Below are positions 1-10,529 of a stretch of 32,000 nt of DNA, piece after piece. How positions within the stretch are numbered: position 1 is the stretch's first letter; every line of letters starts with the position of its first letter. The notes under the pieces were generated by a model. The model was not told the origin of the DNA. It did no database searches and worked only from the letters and a program-made list of their open reading frames with translations. This DNA comes from Cuniculiplasma divulgatum (lineage in GTDB: Archaea > Thermoplasmatota > Thermoplasmata > Thermoplasmatales > Thermoplasmataceae). The position numbers and the translations under genes are program-made. The stretch lies in assembly GCF_900083515.1 (NCBI RefSeq), contig NZ_LT671858.1, forward strand, positions 540,001 to 572,000. The letters are read 5' to 3'.

Positions 1-268
1 AAAAAAGGTTGAAGCAGATTACGAATAGTTAGACCTTAAAAAGAGGTTCCACCAGAAGCTATCTGAAGTATGCATGAAAACAGAAAACGGATGAAATAAA
101 AAAACGTTTGAAAAATTCATATTAGTCTTTAAAATACCTTTAGCTAGCACTAACACACTGGATAGTTGTTAACGAAGTCATTTTCTCAAGGCAATCAGCA
201 TTGCTTGCTGGTAGAAGAATAAAGCCGGAGTTTATATATTCTCTAGTTATGGACGAAGGGTAAAGCAG

Positions 269-577
269 ATGAGTGGTGATGGAGTTCAAAAGAAAGGCAC
301 CTATTGTAAATCCGATGCTTCAGGCGTTATTCCCAGGGTGGACCCGGCAAAATGTGAAGCGAAGGGTGAATGTGTAAAAGTCTGCCCATATGAGGTTTTT
401 GAAATCAGACCCAGAACATCCAGTGAAATTTCAGGTCTGAATTTTCTCGGACGCATAAAAGCAAGGGCTCACGGAAACAGGATTGCCGGCACTCCTGGTC
501 TGGACAGATGTCACTCTTGCAGCGATTGCGTTACGGCATGCCCTGAGAAAGCAATAAGATTGGAGCCGAGAAACTGA
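269..577 (+). CDS. small 4Fe-4S ferredoxin-domain protein
   Basis: 102-aa ORF with one canonical CxxCxxCxxxCP cluster motif (CHSCSDCVTACP) and a second, degenerate Cys motif (CEAKGECVKVCP). Confidence 0.6.
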   Translation: MSGDGVQKKGTYCKSDASGVIPRVDPAKCEAKGECVKVCPYEVFEIRPRTSSEISGLNFLGRIKARAHGNRIAGTPGLDRCHSCSDCVTACPEKAIRLEPRN

Positions 578-848
578 TGGCATCCCGCGGAGCCATCTTT
601 ACATGAACCGGATACCAACAGGAAAGGCAACAGCTGATCCATGCATATGACGAATCACATTGGGAAATCCTCGAAATGACCGTCCCGTTATGAATGAAGC
701 CTGGATAAACAATATCATCCAGAATAAGAAATGGCAGCTTCATTCTTTATTGACTTCCCTGTCTGAGTTTCTAGATAATATCTGTCTGCTCTCTATGGAT
801 TTTTTGCTAAATTCAAATATCATTTTCTGGATTACTATCTGGAAACTC

Positions 849-862
849 TTTCATACTGTTAT
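849..862 (+). repeat. copy 1 of the short word TTTCATACTGT(TAT)
   Basis: Reads TTTCATACTGTTAT, identical over 14 nt to 21991-22004. It lies in an ORF-poor stretch. Confidence 0.6.
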
Positions 863-1382
863 TCCCGAAAGGTATGAGAGTATGATCCTCAGGAAGAAGC
901 CAGATGTGCCATCGTAACAATTCGGCAGGTAAATCCTCACCACGAAGGCCATGGTTTAGACAAAAATTCAGTTTCAATAATACAGGGAGAGCTTATAAAC
1001 GAAATTGATGGCGATCTAGGCAAATGGACAAGTTCTGTCCAGGTTTTTCCTTATTTGGTCAAGGAGAATTCCAAAAATGATTTGGATACTAGTGGAATCA
1101 ATGAAATGGATCGTTATGATTAAATTCTAAGATGAGGATTCTAATCTTTACATCATAAGGGAGATTCTTCTTCCTTTCCTCGCACATATAATAATATCTA
1201 ACTTTAAGTCTATAAATCCTGGTTCAATATATTGGGAGACACTTCTGGTGATATATTTTTGGTTATTTTCATCTATAAGATTATACTTTTTATTATCCCC
1301 ATCAAAAAAAGTAATATTCTTTTTAAGCATACCATACAGAATTTCATAATAAATAAAGAAAAAATTTGATGATCTGAATATA

Positions 1383-2141
1383 ATGATTGAAAGTTTTGGA
1401 GTATTCTCTTTGATAGGTATAATTACCGGAGTTCTAACCGGAATTACAGGCTCAAGTGGTGTAATTGTTGTTGTTCCCGCAATGACTTTTCTGGGATATA
1501 GTTTCCATATTGCAGTTGGCACTAGTCTTCTAGTAGATGTGATAACAACTTCATCCGTTGTTTATGTGTATTCCAGAGGAAAGAGAATTGACTGGAGGAT
1601 AGGATTAATTCTTGGTGGTGGAGCCCTTATAGGTGCTCAAATAGGTGCACACGTAGCAATTTTCATAAGTGACAGACCACTTGAAATAGTATTCACAATA
1701 ATGGCATTATTGATGGCAGCGCAATCCTTTAGAAGGGCAAAGAAAGGTCTTTCTCTGACCAGAAAGCAGATTTCTCATCCATATCTGGCAGGATTGGTAA
1801 TCAGTATACCAATAGGAATACTAGCCGGCACTCTGGGAACAAGTGGAGGAATTATGTTCATCGCAGTAATGATGATTCTCTATTCCATGGATCCAAAAAC
1901 TATGGTGGGTACTGCAACATTAGCCATGTTTGTATCTGCCATAAGCGGATCCACAGGTTATTTCCTTCTCAATAGTATTGACATTTTTGGAGGTATACTA
2001 ATTGGAGCTATCTCCCTCATTTCTGGGTTTTATTTTGCCAAACAGGCACTCAAGATGAAGGATAGCACCATATACTATTTTCTTGGAATAGTTTTTATCG
2101 GTGTTTCTTTACTTGAAATCATAACTATACTAAGGGTATAG
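1383..2141 (+). CDS. TauE/SafE (TSUP, DUF81) family anion-exporter permease
   Basis: 252-aa ORF that is almost entirely hydrophobic. Two-fold internal repeat, each half carrying a Gly/Ser-rich motif (GITGSSGV near the N-terminus, GTLGTSGG mid-protein), as in TSUP permeases. Confidence 0.7.
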   Translation: MIESFGVFSLIGIITGVLTGITGSSGVIVVVPAMTFLGYSFHIAVGTSLLVDVITTSSVVYVYSRGKRIDWRIGLILGGGALIGAQIGAHVAIFISDRPLEIVFTIMALLMAAQSFRRAKKGLSLTRKQISHPYLAGLVISIPIGILAGTLGTSGGIMFIAVMMILYSMDPKTMVGTATLAMFVSAISGSTGYFLLNSIDIFGGILIGAISLISGFYFAKQALKMKDSTIYYFLGIVFIGVSLLEIITILRV

Positions 2142-2286
2142 ACAGGTGTGACTCTTTCTTATGAAAATTAATATTATCCCTGATAATGACGATAGAAATG
2201 TTTAAGCAATAACGACTTGCAAAGTATAAAAAAATAAAAAGGGGCTGTTTTTGACACTTTATTTCAGGTAATGTTTCTTAATGGAA

Positions 2287-5283
2287 TTATTTTTCAAAAT
2301 TTAATATTATATTCCTGATCTGATACTTTCCATATTCTATGGAATCATTCACTTTTCCTCTTTTATCTTCCAGCATATTAGATTCTTCAAGACCAAATTT
2401 ATGTTTACTTGAAATGTCCAGTTTTCCTCCATTTTCAAGTGCATATGACCTCAACAGTACACCCTTTCCATTCTCGGTCTCCTTTATGTTCTCAATTATT
2501 ATATCATCCTCTGTTACTTTTAGTAACTGATCATTATATTTCATATTGGTTTCGCCTGCATGATCAATGACTATGGGTGGATGGAAAACAAAGTTCAGTT
2601 CTCTGTAAACCTTTTTGTAGTCCTTCTCAGGAAGAATGAAAAATGTAACTTCTGTCTCTTTACCATCTGAAAATGGATTCGGGTACAGTGGTGCTTTCAG
2701 GAGACTAATGCCCAGTGTATCATTTACGAAACTGTAACCATGTAGCTCCCTTGCTACGATAGAAAAACCCTTTGATTGATCAGACCAGTTGACAAATCTT
2801 AGGGCAGGGAACTCAAACTTTGCCTTATTTTTATCATCAGAGAAATCTCTTTCAACCATCCCAAAGGGAATTTCACACTTCAGTGTTTTGCTTTTAATTT
2901 TTGAATTTATGAAGAATTTTACCAGTTTTTCTCTGTTCCTTAGATTTATTCTATTTCTTACCTCAATAAAACTATTGTTAGGGTTCATTATGAACCTCTG
3001 CTCAATAATTGAATCATCCTCATAATGTATTTTTACAGATACTATTGTGTTAACGCCATCCTGCTTGAAATCCATACTCTTTGTCTTTTCGCTTAATAAA
3101 TTTCCTGGGTTTAGAGTATCAAGATCTATATTCCAGGCATCAAATCTACCTGGCACATCCTCCAGCAATGCCAGATGACCACTAAAAATGATTCCTAAAT
3201 CTCTTTCCACTGTTATATTACAGTTATCATCAACAATGAAGCTGTAATATTTTCCCTTTATGAAAACAGAATTCTTATCATTCTTAATTTCGAAGTCATT
3301 CTGGGAATTACTATTTACACTCAATGGCTTATCATTCAAATTTAGAGTAAAACTTGGAACTGATAAACTGACGTTTTGGCTTGATTCTTCCTTTCCAGAT
3401 TTTTCTGATATGTAAATTGTGTTTCTTCTTAGGTCTATAGAAGAATTAATGTTATACTGACTTGTGTTAACAATCATGTTTCCAAATGGAATTTTCATCT
3501 CTTTACAGTAAGCCTTTATGCTTTCATTGATAAATGATTCTGTATTTCTTATGGCCCTATCCAGATCGGAAAAAGCCTCATCGTATGCATAATAATTAGC
3601 AGAACCAGGTAAAACATCATGAAATTGGGCAGTGAGTAATGTCTCCCATTCTTCTGATAGATCGTTATGTTGATGGCTTATATTATGAGAGTTTAGAACT
3701 GATTTTATAAAATCGCAGGCAATAAGTCTGTCTTCTAGCAGTGCAACTCTTCTCTTTATTCCATAATTTGTAGTATAAACACCCCTGTGGGTTTCAACAT
3801 AAAGCTCACCATTTACTTCAGGTGCATTTTTGGAATTATTCATAACATCTTTCAGAAACTCTTCCTGCTTAAATTCTGGTTTAGCATTTTTGGCTACCTC
3901 GGGAAGGAAATCAAGTAGTTCCAGCATCTCGGAATTTGGTCCGCCTCCACCATCTCCATATCCGAACTGGTATACATATGGATCATCAAAATTATTTACA
4001 TTGCTTAAAACCCTGTTGATTTCATCAAATTGCATATTACCGTTGTAGGTTGAGTTTACAAGAATAGTTGGTATGACTGTACCATCTATTCCACACCAAT
4101 TAAAGAAAGTATGAGGGAAAACATTTGTGTCGTTCCATCTCAGTTTATGAGTAATGAAACTTTCAATCCCGGATTGTCTCATAATTTGTGGCAACTGGCC
4201 ACTGAAACCAAATGTATCCGGAAGCCATCCTATTTTTGCATCAGAATTAAAATTTGCTTTGAAATAGTTTTGACCGTAAAGGAATTGTCTTGCAAGTGAC
4301 TCACCTATAAGCAGATTCGTATCAGATTCTACCCACATACCTCCAACAGGCAACCATTTTCCCTCCCCTGCTAACTCCTTTATCCTGCTGAAGAGCTTAG
4401 AGTTTTTTTCTTTTGCCCATTTATAGAAAAGTGCTGAGCTTTGCGCAAAAACGAACTTATATCCATCATCAAACAGTCTTGTTACGTTTAAAAAGGACCT
4501 TTCAGTTTTCTTTTTTGTCTCACTGTATGGCCAGAGCCAGGCAGCGTCTATGTGACAGTGACCCATTGGGTAGATATTATGTTGTATCTTAATTCCACTG
4601 TTATGAAGTATTTCTTCTAATGGACTAATACTAAAATTTCCGTAAGGTAGGTCAGCAAGTTTTCCATCGTTTACTGGCACAGAATAAAAGTCTACTAGTT
4701 CTTCATAACTTCCTTCGTTTTTGTGATCTATAATATCTGAAACGGTTAACTGCATAATATTTGGTGTGGCTTTCACCTTATAAAGAGATTCTAAAAACCC
4801 AGATATCAAAGTTTCATCATCTCTCGCGAGAGCACTTTTGATTATAGATTCAATCCTCAATGCAGCAGAAAATTTCTTCCAATCCACAGTTGCAAAGATT
4901 ATTCTGTTAATTCTGAAACTCCACATATTACTGCCAAATAGTGAAGTTGAAGTTGCAACGATTTCAATGCTTTTTGGAGCTTTATCAAATGAAATATACC
5001 TGTGACCAGGGTCTATTGTCTGGATCTTATTGCCATCAAACTTTGCTATTCCTATCCCGCTCATGTCAAGGGCAATGAGATATTTTTGACCTTCATTTAA
5101 TGGTTGTAATTCTGGCTGCAATTTAATAGATATTTCTTCGTCTGGAGTGCTCTTTTTAGAAAATGGTAACATCTGATTTTCACCATTTATTTTTATCTGG
5201 TTGATCAAAATAACATAATTGAAACATATTGAAATAATATCCTGAACCCTTCGTAATGCCTTTCTCTTAATGTCAGGTTTCAT
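2287..5283 (-). CDS. GH38 family alpha-mannosidase
   Basis: 998-aa ORF with GH38 N-terminal catalytic blocks HCHIDAAWLWPY, WVESDTNL and GYGDGGGGP. Length fits cytosolic class II alpha-mannosidases. The true start may be the internal Met at codon 38 (MLPFSKK). Confidence 0.85.
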   Translation of the reverse strand: MKPDIKRKALRRVQDIISICFNYVILINQIKINGENQMLPFSKKSTPDEEISIKLQPELQPLNEGQKYLIALDMSGIGIAKFDGNKIQTIDPGHRYISFDKAPKSIEIVATSTSLFGSNMWSFRINRIIFATVDWKKFSAALRIESIIKSALARDDETLISGFLESLYKVKATPNIMQLTVSDIIDHKNEGSYEELVDFYSVPVNDGKLADLPYGNFSISPLEEILHNSGIKIQHNIYPMGHCHIDAAWLWPYSETKKKTERSFLNVTRLFDDGYKFVFAQSSALFYKWAKEKNSKLFSRIKELAGEGKWLPVGGMWVESDTNLLIGESLARQFLYGQNYFKANFNSDAKIGWLPDTFGFSGQLPQIMRQSGIESFITHKLRWNDTNVFPHTFFNWCGIDGTVIPTILVNSTYNGNMQFDEINRVLSNVNNFDDPYVYQFGYGDGGGGPNSEMLELLDFLPEVAKNAKPEFKQEEFLKDVMNNSKNAPEVNGELYVETHRGVYTTNYGIKRRVALLEDRLIACDFIKSVLNSHNISHQHNDLSEEWETLLTAQFHDVLPGSANYYAYDEAFSDLDRAIRNTESFINESIKAYCKEMKIPFGNMIVNTSQYNINSSIDLRRNTIYISEKSGKEESSQNVSLSVPSFTLNLNDKPLSVNSNSQNDFEIKNDKNSVFIKGKYYSFIVDDNCNITVERDLGIIFSGHLALLEDVPGRFDAWNIDLDTLNPGNLLSEKTKSMDFKQDGVNTIVSVKIHYEDDSIIEQRFIMNPNNSFIEVRNRINLRNREKLVKFFINSKIKSKTLKCEIPFGMVERDFSDDKNKAKFEFPALRFVNWSDQSKGFSIVARELHGYSFVNDTLGISLLKAPLYPNPFSDGKETEVTFFILPEKDYKKVYRELNFVFHPPIVIDHAGETNMKYNDQLLKVTEDDIIIENIKETENGKGVLLRSYALENGGKLDISSKHKFGLEESNMLEDKRGKVNDSIEYGKYQIRNIILNFEK

Positions 5284-5403
5284 ATTTCAAAAGTTTGCCT
5301 CTATATATAGACTTTCTGAGAATATTCAATTTGTTGTACAATTAAATATCTGATCTTAATAGTTAAGCAAAAAGAGAATTAGAACGGATAAAGTCATCAA
5401 CTC

Positions 5404-6357
5404 TTAAATTCCAATTAAAAACAGTGCAAAGTAGTTGTTATTATCTTTCCAAATTTTTCTTACTTTCAGATGATTTTTAACTGCAAGACTTGTAAACTCA
5501 TCAATGTCATATTTATATGAATTCTCTGTGTGTATTCGCTCACCCTTTTTCAGTAATATCTTGTTTCCATCCAGATCAAGAATTATATCTCTTCCCGCTT
5601 CAATGTGCATTTCAATTCTTCCTTTCTTTTCATTGTAAAAAGCTACATGTTTGAAATCAGACTTATCAAGGTTTAATCTAAATTCCCTATTAATACGATC
5701 TATTAAATTTAAATTAAATTCCGCGGTTATAGATTCACTATCATTATATGCCTTCTCAAGAACCTGTTTATCCTTTTTTAGATCGACTCCTACTAATACC
5801 CCATCTTCAGGACCCAACATTTCAGTGCAAGTTTGAAGGAACCTTGAGGTAGTTTCAGGTTCGAAATTACCTATGCTTGATCCGAGAAAAATTGCAATGA
5901 TATTTCCTTCCAGATCAAGAAAAGGTATTTTGAAAGGCTTGGTATAATCAACGCACATGGGAACTACATTCAGTGATGGATACATTGCTGCAATATTGTG
6001 TGATGAATACTGAAGAGCTGAAATGGATATGTCCATTGGAACATATGCCTTTATCTGTTTACAATGATTCAATATGATCTGGGTCTTCTTCGATCCTCCA
6101 CTTCCGTATTCAAAGAGGGCACTTCCTTCCTTAAAGTATGTACATATTTCTCCAATGTTATCCTCAAGAATTTTTCTTTCTGTTCTTGTTGGGTAATATT
6201 CCTTAGTTTCAGTTATTTTTTCGAATAGCATTGAGCCTTTTTCATCATAAAAGAATTTTGGATTTATTTCCTTTGGATTCTTTTTCAGCCCTTCTATTAT
6301 CTCTTTCTTAAATTCTCCTGTTTCAGGTTTCATGTCTATTATTTTTATTTCACTCAC
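5404..6357 (-). CDS. egtD: EgtD-type L-histidine N-alpha-methyltransferase (ergothioneine pathway)
   Basis: 317-aa ORF. The block FFYDEKGSMLFEKITETKEYYPTRTERKIL matches the EgtD hallmark (FYD..GS.LF..IT..PEYYPTRTE..IL). GSSIGNF, ITAEFNLNLIDRINREF and NSYKY blocks are also present. GTG start overlaps the egtB stop by 4 nt. Confidence 0.8.
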   Translation of the reverse strand: MSEIKIIDMKPETGEFKKEIIEGLKKNPKEINPKFFYDEKGSMLFEKITETKEYYPTRTERKILEDNIGEICTYFKEGSALFEYGSGGSKKTQIILNHCKQIKAYVPMDISISALQYSSHNIAAMYPSLNVVPMCVDYTKPFKIPFLDLEGNIIAIFLGSSIGNFEPETTSRFLQTCTEMLGPEDGVLVGVDLKKDKQVLEKAYNDSESITAEFNLNLIDRINREFRLNLDKSDFKHVAFYNEKKGRIEMHIEAGRDIILDLDGNKILLKKGERIHTENSYKYDIDEFTSLAVKNHLKVRKIWKDNNNYFALFLIGI

Positions 6358-7604
6358 TCAACATCACCTGCAAGCCTCAATCCACTGAACATCCATCTTT
6401 TTTCCGGAGTAAAGAAGTTTCTGTATGTGTGTCTTATGTGTTCTCTGGGTGTTACACATGAACCGCCTCTAAGTACCATCTGCCCAGACATAAATTTGTG
6501 ATTATATTCTCCAACTGAGCCCTCAAGTGGTTTGCTTCTTGGATAGGGTAAATAGGCACTTCTTGTCCATTCCCAAAGGTCTCCCATTGCCTGTGTTGCT
6601 GAATGTGAACATGGTGGCAGCGGTTTGAAGAAATTGTTTTCGATGAAATTTTCATTTTTTGTTATTGGCTCATTCATGAAGGCAACCTCCCACTCCTCTT
6701 CTGTAGGTAGTCTTTTGCCAGCCCATGTAGCATACGCGTCTGCCTCATAATAGCTTAAATGCGACACTGGATCCTCAGGATTTAGTTTTCCCTTTCCATC
6801 TAGGTTGAATTGACTATAGTAATCTCCTTCTTTTATCCAGTAAAGTGGGGATCTTATATTTTCTCTATTTATCCATGACCATCCATCTGATAGCCACAGT
6901 TTAGGATTTTCATAACAACCATCTCTCATAAACTCCAGGTATTCCTTGTTAGTCACAAGCCGATCTCCTATCTCAAAATCCTCTAAGTACACTTTGTGTC
7001 TTGGATATTCATTATCAAACTTAAACTCATTTCCTGAACTCCCAATTTCATATTCTCCGCCCTTAATCCTTTTGTATTTTAGGGGTCTCGAACTGTATTT
7101 GGGGAACTTACTTATTTTTGTATAAACAGGCAAAATGGGGTTATTGAAGAAATTGAATTTTATGTCCATCAGCATAAGCTCCTGATGTTGTTGCTCATGG
7201 TTTATTCCCAGTTCTATAAGAGAATGAATAGCTGGATTTTCGAGAATGGATTCATTTCTGAGAATATTATCATCTATGTATTTCCTGTATTTTAGTATTT
7301 CATCAACCCCGGGCCTTGACTGTGTCCCTCTTAAATTTTTTGGAAAGAAATTTCCCACAGTTTCATAGTAGGAATTAAAAAGATAGTCATACTTTTCATT
7401 AAATTTTTTATAACCCTTGACAAATGTTGAAAGTATGAATTTTTCAAAGAACCAGGTCGTGTGTGCCAGATGCCATCTAACAGGACTGGTATCGTTTCCT
7501 ACCTGAACAAGCATATCTTCCACTGTTAATGGTTCTGTTAGCGAAACTGTTTTGTTTCTAACAGCAATGAATTTGTCCACTAATTTCATCTGATATTCAG
7601 TCAT
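6354..7604 (-). CDS. egtB: EgtB-type sulfoxide synthase (DinB-like plus FGE-sulfatase-like domains)
   Basis: 416-aa ORF. The N-terminal DinB-like part has WHLAHTTWFFE and a putative iron-ligand block NHEQQHQE. The C-terminal FGE-like part has GDLWEWT and LRGGSC. There is no C-terminal methyltransferase domain, so it is EgtB-like rather than OvoA-like. Confidence 0.75.
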   Translation of the reverse strand: MTEYQMKLVDKFIAVRNKTVSLTEPLTVEDMLVQVGNDTSPVRWHLAHTTWFFEKFILSTFVKGYKKFNEKYDYLFNSYYETVGNFFPKNLRGTQSRPGVDEILKYRKYIDDNILRNESILENPAIHSLIELGINHEQQHQELMLMDIKFNFFNNPILPVYTKISKFPKYSSRPLKYKRIKGGEYEIGSSGNEFKFDNEYPRHKVYLEDFEIGDRLVTNKEYLEFMRDGCYENPKLWLSDGWSWINRENIRSPLYWIKEGDYYSQFNLDGKGKLNPEDPVSHLSYYEADAYATWAGKRLPTEEEWEVAFMNEPITKNENFIENNFFKPLPPCSHSATQAMGDLWEWTRSAYLPYPRSKPLEGSVGEYNHKFMSGQMVLRGGSCVTPREHIRHTYRNFFTPEKRWMFSGLRLAGDVE

Positions 7605-7848
7605 ATTTACTAATCATTAACATTATTTTAATAGTTATGCAGTAGAACCAGATGCATTAGAGAGAAAATTTTTATTATGCTTACTGGTTACGCATCTCTG
7701 ATTAAGATCGCATTATATCGAATTGAAGCAATCCCACTACTAATTATCATACTTAACCAAACGATAAGAAAATATCACATATAATTTATTAAAAGATAAT
7801 ATTTTTCTATAAGCCTGCTGTTTAAAAAAGATTTGCCCTTAAAATTTA

Positions 7849-9207
7849 TTATTTTAATGAATCATTTGTTATTATGGCTTTTACCTCGTTTAACATTTCT
7901 TCTCTAGGTTTTCTCCAGGAATTAAGAAGCTCTATTCTTTTTTCTTTCGCCTTTAAAATATCCACATTACTTACAGATTCAAATTCATACGGTTGGTGAA
8001 ATTCAAGAGGTATATTCTTCTTTATAATTTCCCCTACAGTAACATATGCATCTTTCCACGACTTTCCTGTTTGAAAGATTGAATATGCTTCAGCAGTTGC
8101 ATTAATTGAATTTTCCATCGAATCAAAAGCCCTTTTTTCGTCCAGCGTGAACTTCATCATGAAGCCATGAAAGTGATTCAGAATTTTCTCACATAAGATT
8201 ATAAATTTTATAGTTTTGTCCTTTGAAATCTGGAATTCTCTATGGTATCCCGTTCCCTTATTCATTAATATTGTAGCTGTAGAAACACAGTTTCCAATGG
8301 CTTCGGAAGCATAACCCTGAACAAGTTCAAGAAAGTCTGGATTCCTTTTATTTGGCATTAACGAACTTCCTGTGGAAAAGCCATCAGGGAGCGTTATGAA
8401 GGGGTTGGTGCCTCCACTGAAATTAATAAAGTCCTGTGAAATCTTAGATAAAAAAGTCATAAGCCTCAAAAGAAATATTGATATGTCTAAATCGTCAATT
8501 CCACGATAAAAACTTCCTGACATGGGGTTCTTTGCATTGGATCTGAAACCAAGGTTTTTAGCAACCTTACTAAAATTTATTGGTGAGAGTGAACCAAACC
8601 CAGAACCATAACCCAGAGGTGAAATAAGTGTAAATTTTTTAGAAATGTCTAGAGCATAAAGAGAGATGTCCAGAAATATCCTTGACAAATAATCAAAGTA
8701 TGTTGAAATCATGACCGGCATTGCCTGACGATTGTGGGTATAACCAGGCATCACCCCATTGAAGTCCATCTTGCGCATCATCATGTTTTCAGAAAGACTG
8801 GTTAGATCATTCGAAATTCTCAAAAGATGATCAATATAGAATGACCGTATATCAATGTGGCTTTGCTCGTTTCTTGATAGGAAAATTCTAAGGTTTTTGT
8901 ATGCTTTACCTCCATTCCCCTTTATATACTCTTCCACGAATCCATGTATATCTTCAACCATAGGATCTATGGTTATTTCCTTGCCAAGTAGATGCCAAAG
9001 CCCTGATAGTATAATGTCACTTTCATCCTTAGAAATGATTGATTCTTTTCTTAATTGCAATTGATAGGCAAGTAGTGATATTACTTCATAATCGAGAAGC
9101 AGGGAATCTATCTGTACATCTTCGGCTGTCATGATATCTGAAAGATCTTCTCCCCCCTCCTCAGATGCCCCTCCATTCCATATTTTTGCCATGCTCTTAC
9201 CCTTCAA
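7849..9207 (-). CDS. argH: argininosuccinate lyase
   Basis: 452-aa ORF with the fumarate-lyase superfamily signature GSSLMPNKRNPD. It lies directly downstream of argG. The start may be the second Met (MAKIWNGG), which would remove the 11-nt overlap with argG. Confidence 0.8.
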   Translation of the reverse strand: MKGKSMAKIWNGGASEEGGEDLSDIMTAEDVQIDSLLLDYEVISLLAYQLQLRKESIISKDESDIILSGLWHLLGKEITIDPMVEDIHGFVEEYIKGNGGKAYKNLRIFLSRNEQSHIDIRSFYIDHLLRISNDLTSLSENMMMRKMDFNGVMPGYTHNRQAMPVMISTYFDYLSRIFLDISLYALDISKKFTLISPLGYGSGFGSLSPINFSKVAKNLGFRSNAKNPMSGSFYRGIDDLDISIFLLRLMTFLSKISQDFINFSGGTNPFITLPDGFSTGSSLMPNKRNPDFLELVQGYASEAIGNCVSTATILMNKGTGYHREFQISKDKTIKFIILCEKILNHFHGFMMKFTLDEKRAFDSMENSINATAEAYSIFQTGKSWKDAYVTVGEIIKKNIPLEFHQPYEFESVSNVDILKAKEKRIELLNSWRKPREEMLNEVKAIITNDSLK

Positions 9208-10414
9208 TTACTATTTTATCTAACTGTTTTTTCCTCACTTTACTTGTTGTAATTGTCTGGCTTCCGAACACATAAATAAACCCTGGAGCCTTGCTTTGGT
9301 CAAAGGTCTGGTTCTTACCATATGTAGACATAAACACATCATAAAGTGAATTAGAGCTTTCAACGCCCATAGGTATAACGTTTCCCTTGTATAACTTAAG
9401 TTTAACCGTTCCGTTTACAAGTAAATTTATGCTCTGCTGAAACTTTTTTATATGTTCCATTGCAGGATCAAACCAGAGTCCACTGTATACCATTTCTGCA
9501 AACTGCTGATCCATGACCCTTTTTAACTGACTTTCCCTCTTGTTCAAAACCAGAGACTCTAAATATTTATGCCCATTTATTATTGTTACAGCAGCAGGAC
9601 ATTCGTAGAACTCGTGGCTTTTTATGCCCACAACCCTATCCTCTATTAAGTCAATGGCCCCAACTCCGTTCTGGCCCGCTTTATAATTTAGTTCAGTAAT
9701 CAGATCAGCAAGTAACATTGCTTTACCGTTTAGCTTGACAGGCAATCCATTATTGAATGTAATGGATATAACATCCGCCTTTTCAGCAGATTTTTCGATT
9801 GGTAGAACCCATCTGTAGGCATCCTCTGGAACCCCTTCATTTATTAATTCTATGTTTGAACCCTCCACTGATCTACCCCACAGGTTCTCATCTACAGAGT
9901 ATTTACCTCCATATGGTATCTCTATATTTCTCATCCTGGCATATTCTATTTCTTCATCCCTGTTCATGTTCATTTCTCTCACTGGCGCTATAACTGATAG
10001 ATTTTCATTTAAGGCCTTTATAGAAACTTCAAATCTTACCTGATCATTGCCTTTACCCGTTGACCCATGAACAACTGTAGTGCATTCGTTTTGTTCCGCA
10101 AATTTCACTGCTTCCATCGACATAAGAGGCCTGGCAAGGCTCGTCGATAGAGGGTATTTATCCTGATAAAGTCCATCATTCATAATTCCCTGGGCAACGA
10201 AGTCGTAGGAAAACTTTTCCGTCACATCTTCTGTAATAGTCTTTACGGCACCAAGATCCTTTGCCTTTATTGCTATTCGCTCTAGATCATTTTTTTCCTG
10301 TCCAACATCTAGGGTTAGGGTTACAACATCAAAATTAAGTTGTTCCTGTAGCCACTTTATCATGACAGAAGTGTCCAAACCACCAGAATATAATAAAAGA
10401 GCTTTCTCCTTCAT
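9197..10414 (-). CDS. argG: argininosuccinate synthase
   Basis: 405-aa ORF with the N-type ATP-pyrophosphatase motif LLYSGGLDTSV and the block GSTGKGNDQVRFE typical of ArgG. Confidence 0.9.
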   Translation of the reverse strand: MKEKALLLYSGGLDTSVMIKWLQEQLNFDVVTLTLDVGQEKNDLERIAIKAKDLGAVKTITEDVTEKFSYDFVAQGIMNDGLYQDKYPLSTSLARPLMSMEAVKFAEQNECTTVVHGSTGKGNDQVRFEVSIKALNENLSVIAPVREMNMNRDEEIEYARMRNIEIPYGGKYSVDENLWGRSVEGSNIELINEGVPEDAYRWVLPIEKSAEKADVISITFNNGLPVKLNGKAMLLADLITELNYKAGQNGVGAIDLIEDRVVGIKSHEFYECPAAVTIINGHKYLESLVLNKRESQLKRVMDQQFAEMVYSGLWFDPAMEHIKKFQQSINLLVNGTVKLKLYKGNVIPMGVESSNSLYDVFMSTYGKNQTFDQSKAPGFIYVFGSQTITTSKVRKKQLDKIVIEG

Positions 10415-10529
10415 AAGTGATAATTTCCCATTAGAATATTAAATTAGTTAAAAGCTATATCATTTTTTATGTTATGTTTGACTTAAAACCATAAACAATA
10501 TTAAAATATACATTATTAATGTCGATTCA

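Noticed and set aside
531-917. ORFs 531-743 (minus) and 660-917 (plus).
   Set aside because: They overlap each other, and the first overlaps the ferredoxin gene's 3' end. No motifs are present. They are treated only as possible debris within the ORF-poor stretch reported as a finding.
1148-1522. 124-aa minus-strand ORF overlapping the TSUP permease start.
   Set aside because: The upstream half is antisense to the permease gene. Only the distal 60 codons (1148-1330, MLKKNITFFDGDNKKYNL...) could be a real divergent small gene, and I have no positive evidence, so it is not listed as a feature.
7640-7715. Possible hairpin AGATGC...GCATCT between egtB and argH.
   Set aside because: It has only 6 bp arms separated by about 40 nt in AT-rich DNA, which is not distinguishable from chance.
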